DNA of 64,000 nucleotides from assembly GCA_963667785.2 (NCBI GenBank), contig CAXXMU010000008.1, forward strand, positions 68,641 to 132,640, in the 5' to 3' direction. Positions within the stretch are counted from its first letter, which is position 1; every line of letters starts with the position of its first letter. Under the pieces are notes generated by a model. It was not told the origin of the DNA. It ran no database searches and saw nothing but the letters and a program-made list of their open reading frames with translations. This document shows positions 62,509 to 64,000 of this stretch, piece after piece. The DNA comes from Alphaproteobacteria bacterium (GTDB lineage: Bacteria; Pseudomonadota; Alphaproteobacteria; UBA828). Both the position numbers and the translations under genes were made by a program.

Positions 62509-63533
62509 GTCCGCCCCCGGGAATAGCGGATGCGCGGATTGATGAAGGTGACCAGCACGTCGACGATGAGGTTCATGATGAGGAAGGTCGCCGAGATGAT
62601 GAGCACCGTGCCGACGATGGCATCGAGGTCCTTGCGCAGGATCACCGAGACGCCGTAGCGCGAGAGGCCGGGCCAGGCGAACACCGCCTCGACCAGGAAG
62701 GCGTTGCCGAGCATGGCCGCGAAGTCGAGCCCGATGATCGTGAGCGAGGGGATGAGCGAGGGCTTGAAGGCGTAGCGGCCCGCGATGCGGCGGTCCGGCA
62801 CGCCGTAGGAGCGCGCCATCTCGATGAAGGGCTTGTCGTAGGTCTCCACCATGTTGGCGCGGGTGAGCCTGGCCGTCTGGCCGATCCCGGAAAGCGCCAG
62901 CGCGAAGGCGGGCAGGATGATGTGCCAGGCGGCATTGCCGAAGGCGCCGAGATTGCCGGCGATCAGCGTGTCGAGCATCAGGAAGCCGGTGACCTGCTCG
63001 ATGGCGTAGGTGTCCGAGATGCGGCCCGCGATGGGGAAGAGCGGCAGGAAATAGGCGAACAGCAGCATCAGGATCACGGCCCAGACGAAGCTCGGGGCCG
63101 AGACGCCGAGCAGGGCCACGAGGCGGATGGAATTGTCCACCCAGCTTCCTCGGTAGCGCGCGGACGCGATGCCGAGCGGCAGTCCGATCAGGATCATCAT
63201 GGCGCCGGCGACGAAGATGAGCTCGAGGGTGGCGGGCAGGAACTGCGCGATATCCACCACCACGGGCCGGTTGGTGTAGAGCGAGATGCCGAGGTCGCCC
63301 TGCGCGAGGTCGCTCAGAAAGTGCCCGTACTGGACGGTGATCGGCTCGTCGAGGCGGAGCTCGGCCCGGAGCTTGTCGACCGCCTCGTGGGTTGCGCTGG
63401 GGCCGAGCGCGATGCGTGCGGGATCGCCCGGGATCACCCGGGCGACCGCGAAGATCAGCATCGAAACCCCCAGCAGGACGATGCATGAGGTTCCGACGCG
63501 CCTGGCGAATACGAGGATCGTCGGCGTCACCAC
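62505..63533 (-). CDS. Dpp/Opp-type ABC permease (DppB-like)
   Basis: PGDPA, GDLG.S, PATLEL, E.VF.WPGL, NPRIR. Confidence 0.92.
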   Translation of the reverse strand: MVTPTILVFARRVGTSCIVLLGVSMLIFAVARVIPGDPARIALGPSATHEAVDKLRAELRLDEPITVQYGHFLSDLAQGDLGISLYTNRPVVVDIAQFLPATLELIFVAGAMMILIGLPLGIASARYRGSWVDNSIRLVALLGVSAPSFVWAVILMLLFAYFLPLFPIAGRISDTYAIEQVTGFLMLDTLIAGNLGAFGNAAWHIILPAFALALSGIGQTARLTRANMVETYDKPFIEMARSYGVPDRRIAGRYAFKPSLIPSLTIIGLDFAAMLGNAFLVEAVFAWPGLSRYGVSVILRKDLDAIVGTVLIISATFLIMNLIVDVLVTFINPRIRYSRGRT

Positions 63534-63601
63534 CCGCCTCTACGCGGCGGGACGGACACGCCAACGGCATTGCCGGCGCGCCCGCCCCGCCGCGGGAAAG
63601 T

Positions 63602-64000
63602 CTACTCGGTCATTTCCATGAGGCGGAAGGTGAAGCCGAAGCCGTCGAGACCAAAGGCCATGGCCGGATCGCTCAGCGCCGGCACCCTGACCCGGTTCGA
63701 CGCCGCGAAGACCGACTGCGAGTCGTGGGCGTAGATGGTGGGCGAGATCGCGATCAGCCGGTCGTTGAGCGCCGAGTAGGCCTCCTGCCGTGCTTCCGGC
63801 GTCGCGCCCGTGCGCCCGGCATCCAGCAGGCGGTCCACCTCGGCGTCGTTGAGGTGCTCGGGCGATTGCCACGTGCCGGCTGCGCTGGAGTGGTACATGC
63901 CGTAGAGCAGCGTGTCGGTATCGCCGGTCACGGCCGTGACGTAGACCTGCGACACGTTCGGCGTGGTCTCGGCGTTCGAGACCTGCTCCGCGAACAAGGC
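63602..64000 (-). CDS. Dpp/Opp-type ABC substrate-binding protein (C-terminal part; 5' end outside window)
   Basis: EVDRLLDAGR...PEAR..AY..L....P typical family-5 SBP C-terminus; position upstream of the permeases. Confidence 0.8.
   Translation of the reverse strand, partial: ALFAEQVSNAETTPNVSQVYVTAVTGDTDTLLYGMYHSSAAGTWQSPEHLNDAEVDRLLDAGRTGATPEARQEAYSALNDRLIAISPTIYAHDSQSVFAASNRVRVPALSDPAMAFGLDGFGFTFRLMEMTE

Overview
High-GC bacterial chromosomal window. Gene order (gltD-gltB, uppP, NDUFA9-like, rnd; pyrB-pyrC; xerC-tal-priA; pcm-rhodanese-tolC) suggests an Alphaproteobacterium, probably Rhodospirillales-like (inference). Most of it is housekeeping and catabolic: glutamate synthase, purM, five clustered pyr genes, F420/FO synthesis genes (cofC, fused fbiC), a ParDE-type toxin-antitoxin pair, two hydantoinase A/B + racemase clusters, a TAXI-TRAP transporter and a Dpp/Opp-type ABC operon. 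No rRNA, tRNA or CRISPR array was seen. The most notable signal is a set of Mu-like phage late genes scattered among host genes: a solitary DUF935/gp29-like portal (46400-47551) and a DUF5675 / 3TM-holin / DUF2730 lysis-type cassette (52997-54403). Each is preceded by the same palindrome (core CCGCACCATGGTGCGG), centred 43.5 bp upstream of the ATG and followed by a -10-like hexamer and no ribosome-binding site. A third copy with identical geometry lies about 38 kb away at 9145-9160. This is the layout of Mu Mor/C-activated promoters and suggests a dispersed, co-regulated, domesticated Mu-derived (GTA-like) system. Smaller oddities are a pyrD with no canonical start in frame behind the pyrC amber stop, an alpha-hydroxy acid oxidase fused to a DUF1674/SDHAF4 tail, a degenerate ABC ATPase, and a doubly frameshifted ABC ATPase.
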